The notes under the pieces are model-generated. The model ran no database searches. It was not told the origin of the DNA and saw only the letters and a program-made list of their open reading frames with translations. DNA of 36,077 bases from the IMG/VR virus record IMGVR_UViG_2851971941_000001, positions 1 through 36,077 of that record; one strand, given 5' to 3'. Source of the DNA: a virus (Duplodnaviria; Heunggongvirae; Uroviricota; Caudoviricetes). Position 1 is the first letter of the stretch. Every line of letters begins with the position of its first letter. Positions 1 to 9,429 of the stretch are shown one piece after another. Made by a program: the position numbers and the translations under genes.

Positions 1-900
1 TTAACGCAACAATGGACAATCTGGTGGTAATCGACAACGCAACGCCGCCGGAAGTATTTCAATATGGAAGTTTTGCCCACTCAACGGTTCGCCATCAAGA
101 TTAAAAGTGATTTCGTGTGGGGCTTGTATATCAAACCACGACGAAGCACCTTCGATAATATTCGGGTTATCTTCGTCAGATTTTAAGGTTGATACGAGAG
201 TCGGAATAATTTCATCGCCGGTAAAAATGCGCAGTTGCAGCAAGCCATCGTTAATTAATGCGTTCGGGCACAATTGTTGACCGCCACCGGCCTGACGCCC
301 GTTACCAATACCAATGACCAGGGCGTCACCTTGCCAGTGAAAGTTTTCACCGCGGATTTCACAACGGTCCGGTTGCAGAGTGTCCATGCGCATTAAGCCA
401 TGAATGATGTAAGAGACGCCACCCAGCGCGGCTTTTAATTTTTCCGGCGTTTCTGTGGTAATACGCGTCCCAAACCCGCCTGTCGCCATATTAATAAAAC
501 AGGTTTGTTTGTTGACCTGCGCCATATCTATCGCAATGGCGTTACCGGCAATTGCCAGTTTCAGCGCCTTATCCAGTGCCTCAGGAATCCCTACACTAGT
601 GGCAAAATCATTGGCAGTTCCTAATGGTAAAATTCCCAGCGCGGGTATTTCATCCCCCTCACATTGAATCAATGCCGTAGAAACTTCATTAATGGTGCCA
701 TCGCCACCACCGGCAATCACTGTTGCGACACCTAACTTCCGGGCCTCCTCTACAAATCGTACGGCATCACCTTTCTCCCAGGTAACCCGCACATGGATCG
801 TCATTCCTTCCTCACGCAACAGCATAATTGCTTCGCGCAAGGGTAGATTGTCAGTACTTTTGCCATTAAGAATCAGTAAGCTGGCGGGAAATTCTGCCAT
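1..900 (-). CDS. yegS: Lipid kinase YegS (diacylglycerol kinase catalytic-domain family), complete host gene
   Basis: 299-aa ORF on minus strand starting [15 protein letters not shown]; contains the GGDGT motif typical of DAGK/BmrU-type lipid kinases; size matches E. coli YegS; lies outside the prophage repeat. Confidence 0.8.
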   Translation of the reverse strand: MAEFPASLLILNGKSTDNLPLREAIMLLREEGMTIHVRVTWEKGDAVRFVEEARKLGVATVIAGGGDGTINEVSTALIQCEGDEIPALGILPLGTANDFATSVGIPEALDKALKLAIAGNAIAIDMAQVNKQTCFINMATGGFGTRITTETPEKLKAALGGVSYIIHGLMRMDTLQPDRCEIRGENFHWQGDALVIGIGNGRQAGGGQQLCPNALINDGLLQLRIFTGDEIIPTLVSTLKSDEDNPNIIEGASSWFDIQAPHEITFNLDGEPLSGQNFHIEILPAALRCRLPPDCPLLR

Positions 901-1314
901 GATCGTATGTGCCTTTATGATTGGTCTGTAGATAGTGTAGAGCAGAAAAGAAAAGGTGGAGTCAGAACAGGATGAAAGTCGGAGGATAAAAAGTCAGTTC
1001 AGGTATGGGGATTCAGTGCTTACCACCAGGAGCTTACAATGGGGACAGCGAATATTAACGGTAGCCACTGATAAATTTTAAAAAAGAGAATATACCTAAT
1101 ATTCAACTAAACAGTGGCATCTTCAATATACTATTCAAAATATATTAAAGTCCCCCATGGGGTTACCCGGAAGGGCCTCCATGTCTGTAATTCCTACTTA
1201 TGTAGGAAATGTTGTACAGAACATTTATTATAATCCTATTCAATTATAATAATCATGCCATTATTATATTTAAACACTAGAGAATGTCGTTGGTAATTAA
1301 TGGGGGAAGGTAAG

Positions 1315-1632
1315 GTGAAAAAGATAGCTGCTATATCATTAATTAGTGTTTTTCTTATGTCTGGTTGTGCTGTGCATAATGATGAGACAAGTATCGGTAA
1401 ATTTGGCCTTGCATATAAAAGTAATATTCAGCGTAAACTCGATAACCAATACTACACCGAAGCCGAAGCTTCTTTAGCCAGGGGTAGAATATCTGGTGCA
1501 GAAAATATAGTAAAAAATGATGCAACTCATTTCTGTGTTACCCAGGGCAAAAAAATGCAGATAGTTGACCTGAAGACAGAAGGTGCAGGATTACATGGCG
1601 TCGCTCGTCTGACATTCAAATGTGGAGAGTGA
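1315..1632 (+). CDS. yegR: Small host lipoprotein (signal peptide plus lipobox LMSGC); probably YegR
   Basis: ORF 1300..1632; likely true start is GTG at 1315 preceded by a GGAAGG ribosome-binding site, giving 105 aa; hydrophobic N-terminus followed by Cys lipobox; position next to yegS as in E. coli K-12. Confidence 0.5.
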   Translation: MKKIAAISLISVFLMSGCAVHNDETSIGKFGLAYKSNIQRKLDNQYYTEAEASLARGRISGAENIVKNDATHFCVTQGKKMQIVDLKTEGAGLHGVARLTFKCGE

Positions 1633-1958
1633 GAATAGATTCAAGACTACCATGCACATATTTATTTTATCTGTGATGGGATATTCTTCAACACCATTAT
1701 TGAATGTGAGTAATAATGACAAACAGATAGATGAAACTAAAGCAGAATTTTTATTTTATGCAGCCATCAGAAAATGATGTCAAAAATATTCCAATGCTTT
1801 AGGTTCATTTTTTGGTAAGCGTCAAACATGCGCGTTCTGGCTGTGCGTAACCGGAACCTGTGCGAGCACGATGTCGATAAGTGAAAAGCATCGTACTATG
1901 AAGGAGGATTCTATCGATGTGGTCAATGGAAGACGGTGACCAGGGATAGGGCTTATGT

Positions 1959-1987
1959 ATAAAAAATAAGCCCGTGTAAGGGAGATT
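1959..1987. repeat. attL core: 29-bp direct repeat ATAAAAAATAAGCCCGTGTAAGGGAGATT
   Basis: Identical 29-mer recurs at 34543..34571; lies about 80 bp beyond the 3' end of int, as for the P2 att core. Confidence 0.85.
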
Positions 1988-2066
1988 TAGGGTGTCACCA
2001 GTAGGGGCTTTCAACGGTACAATGCGGGTTTGAGCGGCATAAATTACCACTGAAAGCCCTTAAACG

Positions 2067-3080
2067 TTACTCTACTGTGGACACTGTGTGGACACTCTCG
2101 GCCTCAGTACCACCTCTTAGCGGATTAAGAGAAATGGCGTCCTGAAGGTACTCTGGCGCAAAATGAGCGTAAACCATAGTTTGCTCAATCCGCGTGTGAC
2201 CTAGTATCCGTTGTAGCGTGATAATACTTCCTCCATTAATCATGAAATGAGTGGCAAAGCTGTGCCTTAGTGCATGTGTGGCTTGCCCCGTTGGCAAATC
2301 CGGTTTTATTGCTTTCATTGTTCGTCTGAAGCGAGGGTAATCAGCATCAGGGAATAAAAAACCTCGTTTGTTATCCGCGATCATTTTGGCAACAGCCTCT
2401 GAGATCGGGACGGTGCGTGGTTTGTTTGTTTTCGTTTTAACAAACGTGACGCGGTTATGGATGATATTTTCTGCTTTCAAACGAGCTGCTTCTCCCCAAC
2501 GTGCTCCTGTACTCAGGCAAAGAATCGCAATCTTTTTATTGTCGCCGTCAAGTGCTGCAAGCAGTAAGGCAATTTCTTCCTGTGTGAGATAGCCTGTTTC
2601 TGGTTTTTCCTCCTTAAGCCTCTTTGTCCCTCTGATAGGGTGCTCACCAAAGAATAACTCCGCTTCAATCAGGGCTGTAAACATGCCGCTAATACATGTT
2701 AAATCACGATTGATACTCGAAGGTTTAATACCCTGACTTCTTCGGGTGGCGCAGTACTGGCTGATAAGGGATTTCGTGATTTGAAATGCGCATGGGTCAT
2801 TCGTTATTTTTGTGAAGATTTCAATTTTTCCAAGATTAGATTTCCCATGCTCTTCGTGTTTACCCTTTAAATCCCACCAGATCTGTGTCAGTTCCGACAG
2901 ACGTCGTTTGTCTGTTGGTTTTGATAGCCATTCTTTATTGTGGTGGTTGTACAACGTGTATTTTTCGAAAGCGACAGCTTCGCTTTTCTTATCAAACTTC
3001 CTACGGATGCGTTTTCCGTTACGTCCAGTAGGGCGGATGTCCACTTCATATCGACCATCATCGAGTTTTTTGATTGCCAT
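2067..3080 (-). CDS. int: Tyrosine site-specific integrase, P2 Int-like (337 aa)
   Basis: 337 aa, the same length as P2 Int; C-terminal catalytic signatures HALRHSFATHF and LGHTRIEQTMVYAHF (R/H-x-x-R and catalytic Tyr); adjacent to att core. Confidence 0.9.
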   Translation of the reverse strand: MAIKKLDDGRYEVDIRPTGRNGKRIRRKFDKKSEAVAFEKYTLYNHHNKEWLSKPTDKRRLSELTQIWWDLKGKHEEHGKSNLGKIEIFTKITNDPCAFQITKSLISQYCATRRSQGIKPSSINRDLTCISGMFTALIEAELFFGEHPIRGTKRLKEEKPETGYLTQEEIALLLAALDGDNKKIAILCLSTGARWGEAARLKAENIIHNRVTFVKTKTNKPRTVPISEAVAKMIADNKRGFLFPDADYPRFRRTMKAIKPDLPTGQATHALRHSFATHFMINGGSIITLQRILGHTRIEQTMVYAHFAPEYLQDAISLNPLRGGTEAESVHTVSTVE

Positions 3081-3195
3081 CAGAAAACCCTCCGAGTGGT
3101 ACTTTTTTTTGCTACTACTAATCGCTTTTTTCGTGGTGGCTGAAATTTAGCCACCAATAGTAGGCACTTGTGATGAATATATTCACGATAAATTG

Positions 3196-3495
3196 TTAAC
3201 CAGTCTTTTGACCGGAGTGGGGCGACGTTGTTTCGTTTTGCCCAAAGTGTGCGAGAGCGGGCGCAATTTGCCCGGCTTCTGGAGCTACCTGATCAGTCAT
3301 GAACCACAAAGTATATTTAGTAAATCTAGGATGTTGTAAGACCTTCATTATGGCTTCAACTCCAGCGTTTTTTGACCGGCTCTCATAGCTCGAAAGTGAG
3401 CTGTAGGCTACACCAGTTAATTCACTGAATTCTTTACGGTTTAACCTTTCAGATTCACGGATTAGCTTCAACTTCTCCGAAACGTCTATTGACAT
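3196..3495 (-). CDS. C: Immunity repressor, P2 C-like (99 aa from internal ATG)
   Basis: ORF 3196..3567 is 123 aa, but the Met at codon 25 (MSIDVSEKLKLIRE) gives 99 aa, the P2 C length; helix-turn-helix-like segment KEFSELTGVAYSSLSSYE; divergent from cox. Confidence 0.8.
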   Translation of the reverse strand: MSIDVSEKLKLIRESERLNRKEFSELTGVAYSSLSSYESRSKNAGVEAIMKVLQHPRFTKYTLWFMTDQVAPEAGQIAPALAHFGQNETTSPHSGQKTG

Positions 3496-3616
3496 AATTA
3501 CTCCGATTGCGTAATTTCTTGCTGATGGTATGAAATGTTGTGCTTCTGGAGTTATCCTTTTAGGCAATAATTAGCCATTAGGAGCCATTAGAAGCACTAA
3601 GGGAGAATCGTAGCAG
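3496..3616. promoter_or_regulatory. Divergent immunity-switch region (Pc/Pe-type promoters) between C and cox, with tandem 9-bp direct repeats AGCCATTAG at 3573..3581 and 3583..3591
   Basis: 121-bp intergenic region between divergently transcribed repressor and cox; exact direct repeat at 10-bp periodicity seen in sequence; role as operator is inferred. Confidence 0.45.
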
Positions 3617-3892
3617 ATGAATAGACAGCTTGTAAGCGTGACTGATGCCGTGCCTTATCAGGAGTTTGCAAAACTCATTGGCAAAACTCCAAGAGCTGTA
3701 AGGGGCATGATTGAGAAAGGGAAATTACCAGTTATTGAGATTACTGACCCTCAGTCAGTATCGGGGCGTGCTGGTGAATATTGGGTATACCTTCCGGCAT
3801 GGAATAACGGACTAAAACTGGCTTATGAAAGCCGTCCTAAAGAGATTCGTGACGGCTGGTTGATGTGGTTAGGTCTCGGTGAACCACGTTAA
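3617..3892 (+). CDS. cox: Cox-like excisionase/transcriptional regulator (91 aa)
   Basis: 91 aa, the same length as P2 Cox; first gene of the early operon, divergent from C. Confidence 0.8.
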   Translation: MNRQLVSVTDAVPYQEFAKLIGKTPRAVRGMIEKGKLPVIEITDPQSVSGRAGEYWVYLPAWNNGLKLAYESRPKEIRDGWLMWLGLGEPR

Positions 3893-3902
3893 GGAGAACC
3901 GT

Positions 3903-4073
3903 ATGAATGAGCCTCGTTGTATTGCTCAGTTATTGCGTAACGAAAGCCCCAGGGCGATTGACTTCACCATCACCCACGGTAAGGGGCGTAAGGGAATCAT
4001 TATCCGCACCAAAAAACAGAGTCCGTTAAAAAAGGCTCTGACCTTTCTGAAAAGCCGGAGGGTCTGGAAATGA
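3903..4073 (+). CDS. Small early protein, P2 orf78-like
   Basis: In-frame ATG at 3903 with AAGGAG ribosome-binding site 8 bp upstream; 56 aa; position between cox and B. Confidence 0.55.
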   Translation: MNEPRCIAQLLRNESPRAIDFTITHGKGRKGIIIRTKKQSPLKKALTFLKSRRVWK

Positions 4074-4570
4074 CAGTGATGACGCTTAATCTCGTTGAAA
4101 AACAGCCAGCAGCTATGCGCCGGATAATTGGTAAGCATCTGGCCGTCCCTCGCTGGCAGGAGACATGCGATTATTATAATCAGATGATGGAACGCGAACG
4201 GCTAACGGTTTGCTTCCATGCGCAGTTAAAACAGCGTCACGCAACGATGCGTTTTGAAGAAATGAACGACGTCGAACGTGAACGGCTGGTTTGCGCAATT
4301 GATGAATTGCGTGGGGCATTCTCAAAACGCCGTCAGGTTGGCGCAAGTGAGTATGCATATATTAGTTTTTTAACAGTCAGTCAGCGTCGTACTTTATTTA
4401 TGCATGCCGGATTGACTGAAAAAGAATTCAACCAGCCATACTGGCGAATTAATGAAGAATCATGTTACTGGCGTGATGCTTTATTCCGTGCATTACGTGA
4501 ATTGTTCAGCCTGTTTGAGTATGCACCGACAATTCTGACGTCGGTAAAACCAGAGCAATATCTGCATTAA
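4070..4570 (+). CDS. B: Replication protein B-like (166 aa)
   Basis: 166 aa, the same length as P2 gpB; GGAG ribosome-binding site upstream; ATGA start/stop overlap with upstream ORF; synteny. Confidence 0.8.
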   Translation: MTVMTLNLVEKQPAAMRRIIGKHLAVPRWQETCDYYNQMMERERLTVCFHAQLKQRHATMRFEEMNDVERERLVCAIDELRGAFSKRRQVGASEYAYISFLTVSQRRTLFMHAGLTEKEFNQPYWRINEESCYWRDALFRALRELFSLFEYAPTILTSVKPEQYLH

Positions 4571-4633
4571 GTAATTAACCAGAGTTTTTAACGCACTTAA
4601 TTGTGCGGGGCTTCTTTTTGCCTGGAGAAAGTC

Positions 4634-4858
4634 ATGCATACAGTTTCTGAAAATCAGTGCGGTAAATACGCATTACTGCTGCAACAGGCCAGAACCGAAG
4701 CACAGGCCGACGCAGCGACACGCTTTTCTTCTCATCTTGACGCCATGATTCGCCATATCACAAAGGCGGAGTTATCCCGCGTGGAGATAGTCGAGCTGCT
4801 CAGTCAGGAGTCGGAAAAATTTCACAATATCGGATTGTCTCGCGGGGAGGTGCTTTGA
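4634..4858 (+). CDS. Small early protein, P2 orf80-like
   Basis: ATG at 4634 preceded by GGAG; 74 aa; synteny. Confidence 0.5.
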   Translation: MHTVSENQCGKYALLLQQARTEAQADAATRFSSHLDAMIRHITKAELSRVEIVELLSQESEKFHNIGLSRGEVL

Positions 4859-5157
4859 TGTCCTGTTCTCATTCAGTTGTATTACTGAATAACGCCTTAA
4901 AAATCGCCGTTATGAAAAATGGCGATTTGTCTCTTATTCAACTTTGCCTTGATAAAGAAAAACGCGACATAACTGAATCTGTTATCGCGATTTATCAGAA
5001 TGAATTAAACCTCCTGTCTGATGTGGTCAATTTACTTGTTAAACGCGCTGTATTCCACAAGCAAATTTCCTCAGTGGATGAACTGACAAAATTAACGACA
5101 GAGCTTGCCAGTTATTGCGCTGATGTATCCAGGAAACTTAACGATAAAAGGAGCTGA
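4858..5157 (+). CDS. Small early protein, P2 orf81-like
   Basis: ATG at 4858 overlaps upstream stop (ATGA); 99 aa; synteny. Confidence 0.5.
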   Translation: MSCSHSVVLLNNALKIAVMKNGDLSLIQLCLDKEKRDITESVIAIYQNELNLLSDVVNLLVKRAVFHKQISSVDELTKLTTELASYCADVSRKLNDKRS

Positions 5158-5159
5158 TA

Positions 5160-5384
5160 ATGCCGGACAACGTAGATTTTATTCAGGAACAACAGGCTGA
5201 ATTACTGGAGCGCCAGATTAACGCGGCAAGGGTAAAACATTGCGGTGCTTCTGCGCTGGTTTGCGAAGAGTGTGACGCGCCAATACCTGCTGCCCGTCGT
5301 GCGGCTTACCCGTCAGCCACGCGTTGTGTTTCCTGTCAGTCAGTCTTTGAAGCAAAAAACAAACATTACCGGAGAACGGCATGA
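5160..5384 (+). CDS. TraR/DksA-family C4 zinc-finger protein (P2 orf82-like)
   Basis: 74 aa with Cys pairs CEEC ... CVSC typical of phage TraR-like zinc fingers; AAAGGAG ribosome-binding site. Confidence 0.7.
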   Translation: MPDNVDFIQEQQAELLERQINAARVKHCGASALVCEECDAPIPAARRAAYPSATRCVSCQSVFEAKNKHYRRTA

Positions 5385-5656
5385 GTATTCGTATTGAAAT
5401 TGGCGAACGTTATGTCGTTACCAGTGACAGCTTTCAGTTTATTCTCCACGAGAAAAAGAGAGCGGAAAGCGGTAAAAACGCCGGTCAGGAATGGCTGGCG
5501 GTGGTTGGTTATTACCCGAAATTAAGCCAGCTCGTTTCCGGCCTGATGCATCACGATATTCTGACCGGAAGCGCAAAGTCTTTTGCTGATTTAAACGCGC
5601 AGGTTGAGCAACTCAGCAGGCGTTGTTCAGAGGCTTTTGGCTCATATGGCCGTTAA
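5381..5656 (+). CDS. Small early protein, P2 orf83-like
   Basis: 91 aa; ATGA overlap with upstream gene; synteny. Confidence 0.5.
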   Translation: MSIRIEIGERYVVTSDSFQFILHEKKRAESGKNAGQEWLAVVGYYPKLSQLVSGLMHHDILTGSAKSFADLNAQVEQLSRRCSEAFGSYGR

Positions 5657-7919
5657 AGCCTCCGGGCGTTTTGTCCCTCCGTCAGCATTTGCCGCAGGCA
5701 CCGGTAAGATGTTTACCGGTGCTTATGCATGGAACGCGCCACGCGAGGCTGTCGGGCGCGAAAGACCTCTTACACGTGATGAGATGCGTCAGGTGCAAGG
5801 TGTTTTATCCACGATTAACCGCCTGCCTTACTTTTTGCGCTCGCTGTTTACTTCACGCTATGACTACATCAGGCGCAATAAAAGCCCGGTGCACGGGTTT
5901 TATTTCCTCACATCCACTTTTCAGCGTCGTTTATGGCCGCGCATTGAGCGCGTGAATCAGCGCCATGAAATGAACACCGATGCGTCGTTGCTGTTTCTGG
6001 CAGAGCGCGACCAGTATGCGCGCCTGCCGGGAATGAATGACAAGGAGCTGAAAAAGTTTGCTGCCCGTATCTCATCGCAGCTTTTCATGATGTATGAGGA
6101 ACTCTGCGATGCCTGGGTGGATGCGCATGGCGAGAAAGAATCGCTGTTTACGGATGAGGCGCAGGCTCACCTCTATGGTCATGTTGCTGGCGCTGCACGT
6201 GCTTTCAATATTTCCCCTCTCTACTGGAAAAAATACCGTAAAGGACAGATGACCACGAGGCAGGCATATTCTGCCATTGCCCGTCTGTTTAACGATGAGT
6301 GGTGGACTCATCAGCTTAAAGGCCAGCGTATGCGCTGGCATGAGGCGTTACTGATAGCTGTCGGGGAGGTCAATAAAGACCGTTCTCCTTATGCCAGTAA
6401 ACATGCCATTCGGGATGTGCGTGCACGCCGCCAGGCAAATCTGGAATTTCTTAAATCGTGTGACCTTGAAAACAGGGAAACCGGCGAGCGCATCGACCTT
6501 ATCAGTAAGGTGATGGGCAGTATTTCTAATCCTGAAATTCGCCGGATGGAGCTGATGAACACCATCGCTGGAATTGAGCGTTACGCCGCCGCAGAGGGTG
6601 ATGTGGGGATGTTTATCACGCTGACCGCGCCGTCAAAGTATCACCCGACTCGTCAGGTCAGAAAAGGCGAAAGTAAAACCGTTCAGCTTAATCACGGCTG
6701 GAACGATGAGGCATTTAATCCAAAGGATGCGCAGCGTTATCTCTGCCGCATCTGGAGCCTGATGCGCACGGCATTCAAGGATAATGATTTACAGGTCTAC
6801 GGTTTGCGTGTCGTCGAGCCACACCACGACGGAACGCCGCACTGGCATATGATGCTTTTTTGTAATCCACGCCAGCGTAACCAGATTATCGAAATCATGC
6901 GTCGCTATGCGCTCAAAGAGGATGGTGACGAAAGAGGAGCCGCGCGAAACCGTTTTCAGGCAAAGCACCTTAACCGGGGCGGTGCTGCGGGATATATCGC
7001 GAAATACATTTCAAAAAATATCGACGGCTATGCACTGGATGGTCAGCTCGATAACGATACCGGTAAGCCGCTTAAAGATACTGCCGCGGCTGTTACCGCA
7101 TGGGCGTCAACGTGGCGCATCCCGCAATTTAAAACGGTTGGACTGCCGACAATGGGGGCTTACCGTGAACTACGCAAATTGCCTCGCGGCGTCAGTATTG
7201 CTGATGAGTTTGACGAACGCGTCGAGGCTGCTCGCGCTGCCGCAGACAGTGGTGATTTTGCGTTGTATATCAGCGCGCAGGGTGGGGCAAATGTCCCGCG
7301 CGATTGTCAGACTGTCAGGGTTGCCCGTAGCCCGTCGGATGACGTTAACGAGTACGAGGAAGAAGTCGAGAGAGTGGTCGGCATTTACGCGCCGCATCTC
7401 GGCGCGCGTCATATTCATATCACCAGAACGACGGACTGGCGCATTGTGCCGAAAGTTCCGGTCGTTGAGCCTTTGACTTTAAAAAGCGGCATCGCCGCGC
7501 CTCGGAGTCCTGTCAATAACTGTGGAAAGGTCACCGGTGGTGATACTTCGTTACCGGCTCCCACACCTTCTGAGCACGCCGCAGCAGTGCTTAATCTGGT
7601 TGATGACGGTGTTATCGAATGGAATGACCCGGAGGTCGTGAGGGCGCTCAGAGGTGCATTAAAACACGGACTGAGAACACCAAATCGTCAGCAAAGAAAC
7701 GGAAGCCCGTTAAAACCGCATGAAATAGCGCCATCAGCCAGGCTGACCCGGTCGGAACGATTGCAAATTACCCGTATCCGTGTAGACCTTGCTCAGAACG
7801 GTATCAGGCCGCAGCGATGGGAGCTTGAGGCGCTGGCGCGTGGTGCAATTGTGAACTATGGCGCAAAAGAATTTCATTACCATGTTCAGAAGGCGTGGGA
7901 AGCATTTTCGAGGTGGTAA
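5646..7919 (+). CDS. A: Rolling-circle replication initiator/endonuclease, P2 gpA-like
   Basis: ORF 5604..7919 (771 aa); probable start at internal Met MAVKASGRF; contains HxH-type motif PHWHMMLF and a two-tyrosine active-site motif YIAKYISK typical of rolling-circle Rep proteins; size close to P2 A. Confidence 0.85.
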   Translation: MAVKASGRFVPPSAFAAGTGKMFTGAYAWNAPREAVGRERPLTRDEMRQVQGVLSTINRLPYFLRSLFTSRYDYIRRNKSPVHGFYFLTSTFQRRLWPRIERVNQRHEMNTDASLLFLAERDQYARLPGMNDKELKKFAARISSQLFMMYEELCDAWVDAHGEKESLFTDEAQAHLYGHVAGAARAFNISPLYWKKYRKGQMTTRQAYSAIARLFNDEWWTHQLKGQRMRWHEALLIAVGEVNKDRSPYASKHAIRDVRARRQANLEFLKSCDLENRETGERIDLISKVMGSISNPEIRRMELMNTIAGIERYAAAEGDVGMFITLTAPSKYHPTRQVRKGESKTVQLNHGWNDEAFNPKDAQRYLCRIWSLMRTAFKDNDLQVYGLRVVEPHHDGTPHWHMMLFCNPRQRNQIIEIMRRYALKEDGDERGAARNRFQAKHLNRGGAAGYIAKYISKNIDGYALDGQLDNDTGKPLKDTAAAVTAWASTWRIPQFKTVGLPTMGAYRELRKLPRGVSIADEFDERVEAARAAADSGDFALYISAQGGANVPRDCQTVRVARSPSDDVNEYEEEVERVVGIYAPHLGARHIHITRTTDWRIVPKVPVVEPLTLKSGIAAPRSPVNNCGKVTGGDTSLPAPTPSEHAAAVLNLVDDGVIEWNDPEVVRALRGALKHGLRTPNRQQRNGSPLKPHEIAPSARLTRSERLQITRIRVDLAQNGIRPQRWELEALARGAIVNYGAKEFHYHVQKAWEAFSRW

Positions 7920-8029
7920 TCTAAATATGAAAAATCTGCACACCGAAACACTCTTGTAGGTTGATAATTTGCAAACTAGGTGGATTTACTCTTTGATGTG
8001 TAAGAAGTTATACTACAAAAAATTGATTT

Positions 8030-8950
8030 ATGGGCTTGGCGATGTATAACGATCCTTATAGTGACCCAAAAGCGTGGGAATCATATTTCAAAAATATTGT
8101 TTGGCTACATTATAAGCCTGCTAACTGTTGTGACTTGCCAGATGAGCATGGAGGCGACTTTGGGCTGGAGTGTTACACTCTGAGTGGTCATGTTTTTCAG
8201 TGTTACTTGCCTGAGCAGTCGAGTGATATTGATAAGCTTTATAAAGCGCAACAAAAAAAGATTTATACTGATATAAAAAAGTTTTCTCAGGATAACATTA
8301 AAGAATTAGAGGAGCTTTTTGGCACATTAAAAATTAGCCGCTGGATATTAGCTACACCATATAATAAATCGGCGAAATTAAGTCAATATTGCACAAAAAA
8401 ATCATTAAAAGTAAGAGAGTTAGGGATTTCTTACGTTGCTGATGATTTTCAAATAGTAGTGCAAACAGATCGAAATTATATAGAAGAAGCGTTCTTTCTT
8501 CGCAAAAATAACTATCAATTAAGCTTTAATATAAATGATGCGACGGCTGAGAATGCTGCTAACTTTATTAGTGAAAATACATCTTTTTTAGATAAGCTAA
8601 ATTTAAAATTACCTAAGATAAATGATGATGTATCTAGGCAGGGTTTATATAGAGAGTTTTTAATACAAAAATATCTTGATTATCAAAACTTGCTGGATGC
8701 TTTGAAGAGAGACTGGGTTGATATCTATGAAATTATCTATAACTGTGTTCAACATAGAGAACGTAATTTGGTAGGTCTCTTTCTTCTTACTTCATCAGAT
8801 GCGAAACCATCAGATATAATGAAAGATGAAATCGCTTTGTTAAAGAAATGTATTGAAGAGGAAGTTAGTACGCTTAAACAGGCTGACTTGGATAAGATAA
8901 CATGGGGAGTTATTTCTGATTGGCTTATAAGATGCCCTTTAGATTTTTAG
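8030..8950 (+). CDS. Cargo operon gene 1: 306-aa protein of unknown function, candidate effector of a defence system
   Basis: AT-rich ORF; first gene of a three-gene unit with 1-bp intergenic gaps; N-terminal Cys/His/acidic cluster CCDLPDEHGGDFGLECY...GHVFQCY; no confident family assignment. Confidence 0.6.
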   Translation: MGLAMYNDPYSDPKAWESYFKNIVWLHYKPANCCDLPDEHGGDFGLECYTLSGHVFQCYLPEQSSDIDKLYKAQQKKIYTDIKKFSQDNIKELEELFGTLKISRWILATPYNKSAKLSQYCTKKSLKVRELGISYVADDFQIVVQTDRNYIEEAFFLRKNNYQLSFNINDATAENAANFISENTSFLDKLNLKLPKINDDVSRQGLYREFLIQKYLDYQNLLDALKRDWVDIYEIIYNCVQHRERNLVGLFLLTSSDAKPSDIMKDEIALLKKCIEEEVSTLKQADLDKITWGVISDWLIRCPLDF

Positions 8951-8951
8951 A

Positions 8952-9428
8952 ATGGAAAAGCAAATGCATATAACGATAGATGAAATAATAGGAAGGCCGT
9001 TTACGTTTAATAAACGACCTGAACATTTGCCATGTGATATGAGACCATTGTGGCGTTGCAGTTTGTTGCTGATAATATTCCTTGTCACAGGGAGAGCTGG
9101 TTGCTGTTCTTTAAAAAAACTTCATTTAATTAATTGGATGTTAAAGTCAGAGAATAATGAAGCAATGTTTGAATTCTGGCTTTTAAACAAAGAAGGTTTA
9201 AAGCCTGAAGTAAGATTGGATCCAACTTTAGATAGAGCAATACAGCTATTATTAGCAGAGGATTTTATTTTGAGAAATGAACGAGCGTTCAAAATAAATG
9301 AAAAGGGGCTTAAGGTCGCTGAGAAATTGCTTTCTCTTGATGTGTTCAAAGAAGAAAGGTTGGTGCTAAATAAACATAAGGCTGGACTGTCCGAAACTAA
9401 CATTAATAAAATATTTCAGGTGGGTTAA
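8952..9428 (+). CDS. Cargo operon gene 2: 158-aa protein of unknown function
   Basis: ATG 1 nt after upstream stop and stop 1 nt before downstream ATG (translational coupling); AT-rich; no recognisable motif. Confidence 0.55.
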   Translation: MEKQMHITIDEIIGRPFTFNKRPEHLPCDMRPLWRCSLLLIIFLVTGRAGCCSLKKLHLINWMLKSENNEAMFEFWLLNKEGLKPEVRLDPTLDRAIQLLLAEDFILRNERAFKINEKGLKVAEKLLSLDVFKEERLVLNKHKAGLSETNINKIFQVG

Positions 9429-9429
9429 T

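Noticed and set aside
1805-2050. 81-aa minus-strand ORF spanning the attL core
   Set aside because: Overlaps the 29-bp attachment repeat and the host/prophage junction; no coding signal; treated as chance ORF.
3196-3567. N-terminally extended versions of C (123 aa), P (607 aa), O (306 aa), L (189 aa), V (217 aa) and A (771 aa) as given by the ORF track
   Set aside because: Internal start codons give lengths that match the P2 proteins (99, 590, 284, 169, 211 aa) and sit behind better ribosome-binding sites; the ORF track uses the most upstream start, including TTG/GTG. For A the internal start is my choice from its N-terminal sequence and gives about 757 aa.
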